Assembly (NCBI GenBank): GCA_963696385.1
Contig: CAVOKF010000001.1
Location: 96,001 to 160,000 of the forward strand
DNA length: 64,000 nt
Direction of reading: 5' to 3'
Source: an uncultured delta proteobacterium
Lineage (GTDB): Bacteria; Myxococcota_A; Polyangia; Polyangiales; Polyangiaceae
Shown here: one piece after another, positions 20,621 to 30,084 of the stretch
Layout: each line of letters begins with the position of its first letter
Numbering within the stretch: position 1 is the first letter of the stretch
Program-made: the position numbers and the translations under genes
Notes under the pieces: model-generated
Database searches by the model: none
Seen by the model: the letters and a program-made list of their open reading frames with translations, nothing else
What the model was told of the DNA's origin: nothing

Positions 20621-21976
20621 ATGAGCCGATCGCCTTTCCTCGCCCTCGTCGCTGGACTTTGGTTTCTCGGCCTGGCGGGCTGCGCAGGCCCGGTCGGTCC
20701 GGAAGGCGCGACTGGAGACGCCGGTCCACCGGGGCCTCAGGGCGCCACCGGCACGGCCGGGCCTGCCGGGCCCGCCGGTCCGGCGGGTCCTGCCGGCTCG
20801 GTGGGTGAAGCCGGAGCCGTTTCGATCTCGGTGTCGTGCTTGTCGCCGTGCCATGGCTTCAATGGGGTCATCACGCAGTACCAGGGAAGCACGCACTACC
20901 AGGTGTACCTGGCGAACGTGGATACGACGACCGCGGCGGAGTGGGTCGCTCCGGGCGACGCGTGCGGCAACTGCCACGCCATCGATGCCCTTCAGCAACG
21001 CGTCGCGGGAAACGTCATGACCGATGGCGACGCCGGCGTCGTCAACCTCGCTGGCGGCGAGCTTCAATACTGGGATACGACCAAGGATCCGGCCGCGCCG
21101 AACTACGCCAACTACGCCGGGACCGCCACGGTGGCGCAAGTTTATTGCACCACCTGCCATAACGTGACACCCGCCAACGATCCGCACGTCACGGGGATCC
21201 CGTGGACGCCGGGGTCCTTCCCGCTCAATGTCGCGCCCGACGGGGGCACCGTATTTCTCGAGAAAAGCCCCTCGGTCGGTGCGGTCACGGGCACGGCGAC
21301 CCCTCGCGACTACGGCCCGAGCGACACGTGCATTTGGTGCCACAAGTCGCGTGTCGACGTGACCAACTACATCGCCGCGGACGCGGGCAACCGGATCACG
21401 AGCGTCTACTGGGGACCGCACGAGGGGCCGATGGCCGACGTCTTCACGGGGCAAGGGGGCTATCAGTATCCGAACGTCACCTATTCCGAGGACTCCCACG
21501 AAGTGGTGCTCGGGTGTGTCGACTGCCACATGCCCAACGTCACGAGCAACGCCAACGTCCCCGACCACTCCTTCAATCCTCAGCTGAGTGTGTGCGCGAG
21601 TTGCCACATGCCGGCGCCGACGAACTTTGACGTGGGGGGTGGCGAGACGGTCATCAAGAGCGCGATGACCGACCTCCAACGGGCTTTGAACAACCAGGGC
21701 TGGCTGACGCGCGCGACCGCTCCGCCCTACACCCCGCTGACCGATCCGGACGGCGGGGCCGGCCAGGTCGGCGACGGGAACTGGGCCGACGACAATCCGC
21801 TGCCGGGCGTGACCCTCACGGCGGCTCAGGCCGGGGCGCTCTACAACTATCTGATCATCTCCCGCGGCGGAGCCTACGGCGTGCACGCTCCGCTCTACGA
21901 AGGGCAGCTCCTCTACGATTCGTACGAGGCCGTGACCGGTGGCGCGCCGCCCACCTACTCGGCCGGCCGCCCGTAG
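20621..21976 (+). CDS. Multiheme cytochrome c lipoprotein with collagen-like stalk (5 CXXCH + 1 CX3CH)
   Basis: Lipobox LAG-C21, then 14 G-X-Y triplets; CLSPCH, CGNCH, CTTCH, CIWCH, CVDCH, CASCH; C-terminal YGVHAPLY. Confidence 0.88.
   Translation: MSRSPFLALVAGLWFLGLAGCAGPVGPEGATGDAGPPGPQGATGTAGPAGPAGPAGPAGSVGEAGAVSISVSCLSPCHGFNGVITQYQGSTHYQVYLANVDTTTAAEWVAPGDACGNCHAIDALQQRVAGNVMTDGDAGVVNLAGGELQYWDTTKDPAAPNYANYAGTATVAQVYCTTCHNVTPANDPHVTGIPWTPGSFPLNVAPDGGTVFLEKSPSVGAVTGTATPRDYGPSDTCIWCHKSRVDVTNYIAADAGNRITSVYWGPHEGPMADVFTGQGGYQYPNVTYSEDSHEVVLGCVDCHMPNVTSNANVPDHSFNPQLSVCASCHMPAPTNFDVGGGETVIKSAMTDLQRALNNQGWLTRATAPPYTPLTDPDGGAGQVGDGNWADDNPLPGVTLTAAQAGALYNYLIISRGGAYGVHAPLYEGQLLYDSYEAVTGGAPPTYSAGRP
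20687..20812 (+). repeat. Collagen-like (Gly-X-Y)14 coding repeat
   Basis: GPV GPE GAT GDA GPP GPQ GAT GTA GPA GPA GPA GPA GSV GEA. Confidence 0.9.
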
Positions 21977-21984
21977 TCGCGGCG

Positions 21985-23529
21985 GTGAACTCGGCGATCG
22001 CTCGAACGATCGGCATCCTCTGCCTTTTGGCGTCGTGCCAAGAGGACCGGGCGACCGAGTCGCAGCCGCCGGGCTTCGACGTCGACGTGGGGGTGCCGAT
22101 CCTGCAGGCGCACTGCGTCTCCTGCCACGGGAATACGAACCCGGCCGCGGGCTGGAGCGCCACGTCGTATTTGGCCGCGATCGGCTGCGTCGCGCCTTCC
22201 GGCGCGCCGGCCACGCTCCCGGCGAGCGGGGCCGCTCCGATTCTCGCCGCGCTCGACACGGCACCGCACGTAGGGCTGCTTTCGGACTCCGATCGCTCGA
22301 CGCTCTTGGGATGGGTGGTCGCGGGCACCCCGGACGTCGTGGACGGGGTGCACGATCCAGGGTTTGCCGATCCGCGGTCGATCGCGTTCCACGGGACGAC
22401 CTTACGCGCTGTGCGCTGGGCCCCGATGCTCGACGCCGACGATCCGAACGCGTGCGGGCGCTGCCACGCGGGAGCGCCCTCGACCCCCGCCGGCGTCACA
22501 TCGCCTGCACCGGGCGCGCCCGCCTGTACGAGCTGCCACGACCAGCCCGGGGGAGCGCTGGCGTGCAGCACCTGCCACGGATCCGGTACGATCGCCTACC
22601 CCCCGCGGGATCCTTGCTTTTTCCCGGGTGACGCGGTCAACGCCGGGGCCCATGCGGCGCACGTCCAGCCCTCGGAGGCTTTGCCGACGGGAGTCGCGTG
22701 CTCGACGTGCCATCCGGTGCCCGGCAATCCGGTCATCGGGGGCTATCACGGCGACGGGACCGTCGAGATCCTCTTTGATCCGACGGTCGTGGCCGGCGAA
22801 GCCAGCTACGACCGCGCGACGCAGACCTGTGCGGTTTATTGCCACGACCAGGGCGGCGCCCGGCCGCGACCGACCTGGAGCGAGACCACGCCGATGGCGT
22901 GCGGCGACTGCCACGGCTCGCCACCGAGCGGTCACTACGTGGGGCCGTGCAGCAATTGCCACGCGGAGGCGAATGCCACGGGCACGGCGCTGACCGGTGG
23001 GCCGCTGCACCTGAACGGCAAGGTCGACCTCGGCAACGGCAGCGGCCTCTGCGGCGCGTGCCACGGCAGCGGCAGTAGCCCGTGGCCGAGCACGGCCGCG
23101 CACCCGGCGCATCAGAATCCGACGATCACGGTGCCGCTCGATTGCACGAATTGCCACGTGGTGCCGAGCACGATCCTGGATCCCGTTCACCTGGATGGCA
23201 CGGTGCATGTCACGCTCTCGGGGCTCGCCATGGCGCGCGGATCGCTGCCAGCATGGGACGGCACCCAGTGCACGAACGTCGCGTGCCATGGGGCCAACCT
23301 GGCCGGCCCTGCGGCCGCCCCGGCCTGGAACGACACGTCGGGGGCGCAGGCCAAGTGCGGGGCATGTCACGGAATTCCACCCTCCGATCACACCCCCGCG
23401 ACGGACTGCAACCGCTCGGATTGCCACGGCTCGGAGGTGTCGATCGATGCCAACGGCACTCCGTCGATTGCCGCGATCGGCTTATCCCGCCACATCGACG
23501 GCATCATCGAGTTCGCCGGCTCCGAGTGA
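21985..23529 (+). CDS. Multiheme cytochrome c lipoprotein with CXXXXCH...CXXCH modules (10 CXXCH + 3 non-canonical)
   Basis: Lipobox LLAS-C; 10 CXXCH plus CAVYCH, CTNVACH, CNRSDCH; recurring H(L/I)(N/D)G motifs and P-x-W-x(n)-CGxCH. Confidence 0.88.
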   Translation: MNSAIARTIGILCLLASCQEDRATESQPPGFDVDVGVPILQAHCVSCHGNTNPAAGWSATSYLAAIGCVAPSGAPATLPASGAAPILAALDTAPHVGLLSDSDRSTLLGWVVAGTPDVVDGVHDPGFADPRSIAFHGTTLRAVRWAPMLDADDPNACGRCHAGAPSTPAGVTSPAPGAPACTSCHDQPGGALACSTCHGSGTIAYPPRDPCFFPGDAVNAGAHAAHVQPSEALPTGVACSTCHPVPGNPVIGGYHGDGTVEILFDPTVVAGEASYDRATQTCAVYCHDQGGARPRPTWSETTPMACGDCHGSPPSGHYVGPCSNCHAEANATGTALTGGPLHLNGKVDLGNGSGLCGACHGSGSSPWPSTAAHPAHQNPTITVPLDCTNCHVVPSTILDPVHLDGTVHVTLSGLAMARGSLPAWDGTQCTNVACHGANLAGPAAAPAWNDTSGAQAKCGACHGIPPSDHTPATDCNRSDCHGSEVSIDANGTPSIAAIGLSRHIDGIIEFAGSE

Positions 23530-23551
23530 TCGTGCGCTGAGCCCCTCCGGG

Positions 23552-25112
23552 TCACGGGCTCGAAGCCCGGAACACGTGGCAACCGGTGCACACCGATACG
23601 CCGGGCTCGTGGTCGCCCCGGTCGGTGTGGCAACTTGCCGTGCACGTGGCGCGATCGTCGCGTGGCGGCTCGTGGGGCGACACGTGGCAGCTGGCGCACG
23701 CCGCGTGGCCCGGCACGGCATGGAGCCCCGGTAACGTGGCCGGCGCATGGCACGTCGTGCAAGCGGGGGGCGCGGCGATGCCGCCGGGGCCGTGGGGGCG
23801 ATGGCAGTTCCCGCAGCCTCCCGGGATCGCCCCGTGCGGCTCGCGGGTCTTGTCCGCATGGCACGAGGCGCACGGGGGCGTGGGCTGCCCGCCGTGGGGC
23901 TCGTGGCAACCGATGCAGCGCTGGTGGCCCGCGGGCGCGGACTTCTGTTCGACGGCATGGCAGGTGCCGCAAGGCGCCGGCGCCGCAATCGCATGCACGA
24001 CCGATGCGCCGTGGCACGACACGCAGTCGGCATGGCCGGGGTTCGATGCGACGAGCGTGGTCTCGTGGACGTGACAGTCTCGGCACAGGGTCTTTTCGTC
24101 CAGCCCCTCGAAGGCGTGCGGCTTGTGGCACGCCTCGCAGACGATGGCTCCGCTGTGCGCGCCGGTGTCGGTGGAGGCCACCTTCTCGTGACAGCTCGTG
24201 CACGTGGCCGCGACCGCGGTCGGATCGTCCGTGTGGGGCCGATGGCACGTGACACACGCGGCCGCGTTCCCGTGACTCACCTGGACGTCCTGGTGGCATC
24301 GCGCACAAGCGGCCGCGGCCGCGCCGGGAGCGTGCGGATTGTGGCAGTTCACGCAAACGGCGTGGGCCGGGACCTCGCTGGCGACCAGCGTGGTCTTGGG
24401 GCCGTGGCAGCTGACGCACACGCTGGCTTTCGCGACGAAGCTGTGAGGCTCGTGACAATTGAGGCACGCGTCGTGGGCGCTCGGGTGCGGTTCTGACCCC
24501 TGCGCATGGCAGCTCGCGCAGGCGGCCTTCGCCGCGGACGCAGGCTCGTGGGGGCGGTGGCAGTCGAGGCAACCCTTCGAATCCGGCGTGCTCGCCGTGC
24601 TCGGGCGCGCGCTCGCGGTGGCAACTCGTGCAATCCGCCGGGACGATGGAAGGGGTCTCGTGCAGGCGGTGGCACGTCGTGCAGTCGACGGTCGCGTGTT
24701 GCACCACGGCCGGCAGAAGGCCCTCCGGCCTCGCGTGGCAGTCGATGCATGTCGGCTCGGCACGCCCGATCGCGAACGCATGGCAGGTCAGGCAGTCGGT
24801 CGAGCGGGACGGACTGCCGTGGTGGGCGACGCCGGTTTCCCTCGCATGGCATTTCGTGCAGACCGCCGTGCCGGGGTTTTTGAACCCGTCGCGCTCGAAG
24901 TCGTGGCAGTCGTGGCACTCGGCCTTCGCCGCGCCCACGTGCGTCCGGTGACCGGGAGTCGTGCGCGCCTGGGCCCACGACGCGGGCACGAAGTCGGGCG
25001 TCACGCTCTTCGCCCTGTGCCGCCCGATCAGGACCCGCACCGCGAGGCATGCGGCCACGATCACGACCGCGCCGGCGAGGCCAAAGAGGACTCGTCGGAC
25101 CCCCCGGGTCAT
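23552..25112 (-). CDS. About 25-heme cytochrome c interrupted by a single-base frameshift near 24580
   Basis: 6 CXXCH in the frame starting 25112; 18 CXXCH + CTASCH in a second frame ending 23552. Removing one base from GGATTCG joins ...EHAG to SKGCLDCH (519 aa). Confidence 0.85.
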
Positions 25113-26146
25113 GGACCGACCCCGTGACACAGACGACACGGCACGTCGCGGTGAACGTCCTTGTGGCTCGTGAAGCCGGGACCGTGAGGGTTGCCGCCCG
25201 GTCCGCCGACGCGATGGCAGCCGACGCAGAGGGTCTCGCCGGCGCCTCCGTGGCAGCCCGCGCAGGACACCGGATCGATGCGGGCCTGCACCCCGTGCTC
25301 GCCGTTCGCCCAGCCCGGCGGGTGGGGGCTAGGCGCCGCGGAGCCGGCGACGTTCTCACGAGTGTGGCAGTCGACGCACGAGCTTTCCGTGTGGCACGTC
25401 GTGCAGACCCCCGGATCGGCCCTCGCTTCCTCGGGGTGACGAGCCATGAATCCGGCGCGATGAATGCCGGACAGGCTCACCTCGCCCAAGGCGAGCTTCC
25501 AGGGCAGGGCAGGGACCGTGCCCTCACCATGGCACGACGCGCACTGCCGCTCGGTGTGGCAGCTCGCGCAGAGGTCGCGCGCGCTGGCCGCTCGTACACC
25601 ATGCTCGCGGACGAAGTCAGCGTCGTGAACGAGGTGATCGTCGGGCGGTACTCCCTCGTCGCGCAAATCGACGTGGCAGCCGTTGCAGTCGCGCATCGCC
25701 CACTGGTCGCGGTGCTCGTGGCATCCGAAGCAGGTGGCCATCTTCGGCAAGACGGTCTCCGGACGCGCTTCGGCCACGTCGGAATGGCACCGAACGCAAT
25801 CGCCGTGGACCGCACCCATGTGGCGTGGGTGATCGAATCGAAGCTGCGCGCGTGCGAGCTCCGCCACTTGGCGTACGTACGGTTCGCCGTGACACAGCAT
25901 GCACGGTCGATCGTCGTGGGGCTTCTCGTGGCATCGCCGGCAGACGGCGTCGGACGGAAAATGGATCGGCCCCGTGTCTCCAGCGAGCGCGACCCCTACA
26001 TGGCATTCGACGCAGTTGATGCCCTTGAGCACGTGGGCGCGGTGCTCGAACGGGTGCGACGGCAGATCATGACGAAGGCCGAGCACGCTGGCGCACGCCG
26101 CGAGCGCGATCGACACGACCATCCCGAGCGTGAAACGCATCCTCAT
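25109..26146 (-). CDS. 13-heme cytochrome c lipoprotein (c3-like FxHxxH modules)
   Basis: Lipobox LAA-C; 13 CXXCH counted; FEHRAH, FDHPRH; ATGA overlaps on both sides. Confidence 0.9.
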   Translation of the reverse strand: MRMRFTLGMVVSIALAACASVLGLRHDLPSHPFEHRAHVLKGINCVECHVGVALAGDTGPIHFPSDAVCRRCHEKPHDDRPCMLCHGEPYVRQVAELARAQLRFDHPRHMGAVHGDCVRCHSDVAEARPETVLPKMATCFGCHEHRDQWAMRDCNGCHVDLRDEGVPPDDHLVHDADFVREHGVRAASARDLCASCHTERQCASCHGEGTVPALPWKLALGEVSLSGIHRAGFMARHPEEARADPGVCTTCHTESSCVDCHTRENVAGSAAPSPHPPGWANGEHGVQARIDPVSCAGCHGGAGETLCVGCHRVGGPGGNPHGPGFTSHKDVHRDVPCRLCHGVGP

Positions 26147-27402
26147 CGGGTTCCCGAGGAGGGGCCGGGTGGCGCCGCGGTTTCGGGCCCGCCCAGCGCG
26201 TACGAGAGACGCACCAGGGCATCGGCCTCGTAGCGGAGCTGGGGCGTCGCAGAGGCTTCCAGAGCGCCCGCGACCTGCCAGCCGTTAGGGGACCGCCACG
26301 ACAGCGCCGACAGGCCCCACGGCCACGCGACGCCGCGTCCGTCGGGGTGGTCGGCCGCGACAATCTCGATCTCCGACGAGTAGCAAAAGCCCTTGCCCAA
26401 GGGCACGGCACCGATGGCGCGCACCCCCGTCCACCGCGCTCCGGGCAGATCGACGCGGCGCAGCTCGATTCCGAGGTTGCCGTTGCCCCGGTCGTCGAGG
26501 CGCAGCGTCGCGCGCACCCACCCGTTGCCGCCGAGATCGCCCGCGACGTCCTGACCGGCGCCGCTCGCGAGCAGGTCGAGCCGTGGGGCCGCTCGCCACC
26601 GAACGGTCGCCCCAATCGTCTGCGACGGCAGGTCGCCGAGCACGGAGAACAGCGACGTCGCGGGCAGCAGCCTGCCGGGCGACAGCTGCGACCCGAATAG
26701 CTCGAAGCGCCAATCGTTCCATCGTGCGGCGGCCGACGCGCGAGCCTCCGCGATCCCGGGGTTCTCGAGGTCGTACGCGCCGAACGCTGCGACGTCGAGC
26801 CAACGAGCCGGAGCCGCCGCAAGGTCGGCCCCCACCTCTTCACTCGAGATCTCCCCGTCCTCGCGCCGCTGCACGTAGGAGACGCCCAGTGTCACGGTGT
26901 CGGCGACCCTTTGGGCGACCCGACCCCCGGCGATCCAGTCGTAGCTGCGCGCCCCGAAGCGCGGGACCACCGGAAGCCCGCCGAAGGTCTCCACCGTGGA
27001 TCCCCACGGGGCACGTCCGATCACATGCACTCCGTCGATTTGCACCGGGTGCACCGCACCTGTGGCGATCACGAAGCGTCCGGCGAGGGCTTCGACATAC
27101 CCGTGCGGCTCGCGGAGCCGGACGGTCAGCACCAGGACATCGCCGGTGAAATGCGGCGAACGCGCACCGGCCCAGACCAGCGCTTCGGCGCTGATCCATG
27201 GGCGCATCGCGTCCTGCCCCTGAAGGACGACAAGTCCCGCCGGGGATGACGTCCCCTGCGTCTCGGCGAGAGCGTCGGCCCGAAGCCGCAGGGGGTCCGC
27301 CCCCGCCCCCGACCCGAGTCCCATGGCACCGGCGACGGTCGTCGCCGCACACGCCACAAAGCGTCGCCGCGGGGGACGACTGGCCGTTGTCTTGCAAGAC
27401 AT
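26143..27402 (-). CDS. Putative outer-membrane beta-barrel of a porin-cytochrome module
   Basis: Signal peptide, many alternating amphipathic strands (VTLGVSY, GWVRATLRL, ALVRLSY); first gene of an operon with two multiheme cytochromes. Confidence 0.72.
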   Translation of the reverse strand: MSCKTTASRPPRRRFVACAATTVAGAMGLGSGAGADPLRLRADALAETQGTSSPAGLVVLQGQDAMRPWISAEALVWAGARSPHFTGDVLVLTVRLREPHGYVEALAGRFVIATGAVHPVQIDGVHVIGRAPWGSTVETFGGLPVVPRFGARSYDWIAGGRVAQRVADTVTLGVSYVQRREDGEISSEEVGADLAAAPARWLDVAAFGAYDLENPGIAEARASAAARWNDWRFELFGSQLSPGRLLPATSLFSVLGDLPSQTIGATVRWRAAPRLDLLASGAGQDVAGDLGGNGWVRATLRLDDRGNGNLGIELRRVDLPGARWTGVRAIGAVPLGKGFCYSSEIEIVAADHPDGRGVAWPWGLSALSWRSPNGWQVAGALEASATPQLRYEADALVRLSYALGGPETAAPPGPSSGTR

Positions 27403-27453
27403 GGTCGGCGTGGGCCCCGTGCAAGTCCCAGGCGCGCGTCGCGAGGCCATCGG

Positions 27454-28107
27454 GTGACCCTGCTGGCGTCGTCGCCCTTGGCGGTGGTCGAGTGCGCGAG
27501 CGCGGCGTTGTCGGCGACCATCCTGGTCGGCTACCTCGTCTTGCGTCCGCCACTGATGCGCGCCACCAAGCTGTGGCTGCTTCTCGGGCTCGGTGTGTTC
27601 CCCATCGGCGCGGCTTTTGCGGGCAACGTGCAGGGCTTCGAGGCGACCAAAGATCGCGTGTTTTGCGGGTCATGCCACGTCATGGCGCTGCACCGTGCCG
27701 ATTCCGACGACCGCGCAAGCGGATCGCTCGCATCGCGGCACGCTCGCAATGCCATGTTCGGTAACGAAAACTGTTACGTGTGCCATGCCGACTACGGGAT
27801 GTTTGGCACGATCCTGACCAAGGCCGGCGGCCTGAGACACGTATGGTTGTACTTGACCGAATACCGACAGACGCCTGTCGAAGAGGCCAAAAAGACGATC
27901 CATCTGCGCGAGCCCTCGAAGATGAACGGAAACTGCATGCAGTGCCATTCGACCGACGACACGCTTTGGCTCAAAGTGCCCGACCATAGGGCGTCGCTCG
28001 ACGACACCCGGGCCGGGCGTTTGGGCTGCGCGAGCGAAGGCTGCCATGGGCTCGCCCACCCGTTCTTTCAGGCTCCCGGGGCGGCCGACAAGGCGGGAAA
28101 GCCTTGA
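27454..28107 (+). CDS. NapC/NirT-family tetraheme quinol dehydrogenase
   Basis: N-terminal TM helices, FCGSCHVM, CYVCH, TKAGGLRHV, NCMQCH, CASEGCH..AH; start uncertain. Confidence 0.8.
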   Translation: MTLLASSPLAVVECASAALSATILVGYLVLRPPLMRATKLWLLLGLGVFPIGAAFAGNVQGFEATKDRVFCGSCHVMALHRADSDDRASGSLASRHARNAMFGNENCYVCHADYGMFGTILTKAGGLRHVWLYLTEYRQTPVEEAKKTIHLREPSKMNGNCMQCHSTDDTLWLKVPDHRASLDDTRAGRLGCASEGCHGLAHPFFQAPGAADKAGKP

Positions 28108-28343
28108 GCGCACGACCTGTCGACGTACGGTGGTTAATCGTTTCGTGCGTGTGCGCGCTCGCCGCGCTGGCGCTCATGACGTGGCAGGTCTTCAACCCGA
28201 CGGTCTGGCCCGTCATCGTCGCCATGTCGCTCGGGCAGGTGCTCGGCACCGCGTCTTTCGCCGCGTTCGGGTACGTCGTCTTCGCCGACTTCCGGGCCCA
28301 ACGTCGAGCCGACAGGGTATCGAGGTCGATCCCGCCGACGTGA
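28104..28343 (+). CDS. Small 2-TM membrane protein
   Basis: 79 aa with two hydrophobic helices; TTGA overlap with the NapC-like gene stop. Confidence 0.65.
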   Translation: MSARPVDVRWLIVSCVCALAALALMTWQVFNPTVWPVIVAMSLGQVLGTASFAAFGYVVFADFRAQRRADRVSRSIPPT

Positions 28344-28645
28344 TCCTCGTTCAACTCGAGCTCGCTGGCTCGATCCTTCGGGCCCTGGCCGCGCTTTGGG
28401 CAAAATGCGAAAGGCACTGTGGCGAATCGCGAATGTTCCTTGCTGATTCGGATCGGCTGCTTTGCGCATCCGGGCAGGCGAGCGCCCTTGTGCTTGAAAC
28501 CGGCCCCGACCGTTCCATCCGCGTCGCGCTCGCAGCGGCCGTTCAACCTCCGGTGCGCACGCGCGTTTTCGGAGTCGAATCGGGGCGCGCTGCCTCCGCA
28601 CGCCTTGCGCAGACCGGCACGGTTTGCGCATGATAAGCCCCGTCC

Positions 28646-29491
28646 ATGTCGATCCGGATCGCATCGCTGGCGGTGATTCCGGCGGTCCTGCTCGCGGGCG
28701 GCCTGGCGCTCTACGGCGTGGAGCGCGAACCAGACGCGACCGCTGCCGCTCACGGGATCTCCGCGCCGCCGGCCGCCGAGGGTGAGGCGCTGCCCTTCGG
28801 AAGCGACGAGCCCCCCCTTCCGCCCGACCACCCGCCCATTGGATCGGCGAACTCGCCGTTCGAGCAAGGCGAAGCCCTGCCACCCAACCACCCGCCCATT
28901 GGATCGGCGAACTCGCCGTTCGAACAAGGCGAAGCGCTGCCACCCAACCACCCGCCCATCGGATCGGCGAACTCGCCGTTCGAACAAGGCGAAGCGCTGC
29001 CACCCAACCACCCGCCCATCGGATCGGCGAACTCGCAGCTCGGGTCGCTGGCCCGTGCTTCCGACGATCCCTCTGCGATCGTCTGGAAAATGCCAAAAGG
29101 CTGGCAGGAGACGCCGAGCCCGAATGCGATGCGACTAGCGACGTACCGCGTTGCCGGTTCGGTGGAGGTGATCGTGTTGCGCGCCGGGGGCGCGACGCAG
29201 GCCAACATCGACCGATGGGTCGCGCAGTTCGACGACGTCGGCCACCAGGGACGCGTGGACAAGACGGTGCACGGCCTGCACGCCGTCACGGTCGACGTCT
29301 CCGGCACCTACGTCGGCGGCGGCATGACGATGGGGGCACCGGCCGATCCGAAGCGCGACTGGGCGATGGTGGGCGCCATCGTCGAGAGCCAGAGCCCTTC
29401 GTATTTCTTCAAGATGACGGGACCGGCAGCGGCGGTTCGCGCGGCGCGTCCCGCGTTCGACCGCATGATCGACAGCATCGCACCCCTTTGA
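28646..29491 (+). CDS. Exported or membrane-anchored protein with LPP(D/N)HPPIG repeats and a globular C-terminal domain
   Basis: N-terminal hydrophobic segment, four His-Pro motifs, then WKMPKGW..MRLATY..ANIDRWVAQF..FFKMTGP. Confidence 0.8.
   Translation: MSIRIASLAVIPAVLLAGGLALYGVEREPDATAAAHGISAPPAAEGEALPFGSDEPPLPPDHPPIGSANSPFEQGEALPPNHPPIGSANSPFEQGEALPPNHPPIGSANSPFEQGEALPPNHPPIGSANSQLGSLARASDDPSAIVWKMPKGWQETPSPNAMRLATYRVAGSVEVIVLRAGGATQANIDRWVAQFDDVGHQGRVDKTVHGLHAVTVDVSGTYVGGGMTMGAPADPKRDWAMVGAIVESQSPSYFFKMTGPAAAVRAARPAFDRMIDSIAPL
28817..29036 (+). repeat. 60-bp tandem repeat, about 3.7 copies
   Basis: Near-identical units encoding LPPNHPPIGSANSPFEQGEA, seen on consecutive 60-nt lines. 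Confidence 0.95.
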
Positions 29492-29745
29492 CCGACGCGC
29501 CGCGGAGGCGCGATCGCGACCCCATCCGCAACCGGACGGGCGAACGTGGCACTGCCGCACGGAGTCGAAGCCGCGGTGTGCGTCCTTCGAAACGCAACAC
29601 CGGCCCGGCCAATGGCAAGGATGCCACCGGGTCCGTTGCGTCGGCGGCGCGTTCAGCCCCATCAAACTCCTATTCTTTGGGGACGACCCCATGTGTGCGG
29701 CCAAAGTGTTGAATGGCATAGGACGTGTTTTTCGGATTCAGTCGA

Positions 29746-30084
29746 ATGATCGGAATGCTCAGAAACCAGCCCACTCCTTCGATGGTCGTTGCTGCTGCGC
29801 TCGCCTTCTCGATCGCGCCGAGCGTCGCCGCCGGAGAGAGCGACGCGGCCAGCGCGTGCATCTCGTTTTGGGGCGAGACGCGGTTTGGAGGCGTTGGGTT
29901 CACCCATGTCGTCCACGTCGCCAACAAGTGCGCGGCGAGCGCGGTGTGCGCCGTCAGCACCGACACAGAACCGACTCCTCAGGCTGTCACCGTGGGCGGA
30001 AAACAAGCTGTGGAGGTCGTCACCTACCTTGAATCGCCGGCGTCAAAGTTCACGCCGCGCGTGACGTGCTCGATGCAGCGCTAG
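29746..30084 (+). CDS. Small secreted protein with four Cys
   Basis: Signal peptide, CISF...NKC...VC...TC pattern; start uncertain (29725, 29746 or 29755). Confidence 0.7.
   Translation: MIGMLRNQPTPSMVVAAALAFSIAPSVAAGESDAASACISFWGETRFGGVGFTHVVHVANKCAASAVCAVSTDTEPTPQAVTVGGKQAVEVVTYLESPASKFTPRVTCSMQR

Noticed and set aside
20621..21976. NrfA nitrite reductase assignment
   Set aside because: No CXXCK motif, and the collagen-stalk lipoprotein architecture does not fit.
28817..29036. 60-bp periodicity as a possible CRISPR array
   Set aside because: The whole unit repeats, with no variable spacer; it is a coding repeat.
29655..29730. Short inverted repeats (CCCCA/TGGGG) in a lower-GC intergenic patch as a possible ncRNA
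   Set aside because: Stems are too short and match no RNA family I recognise; more likely promoter DNA.
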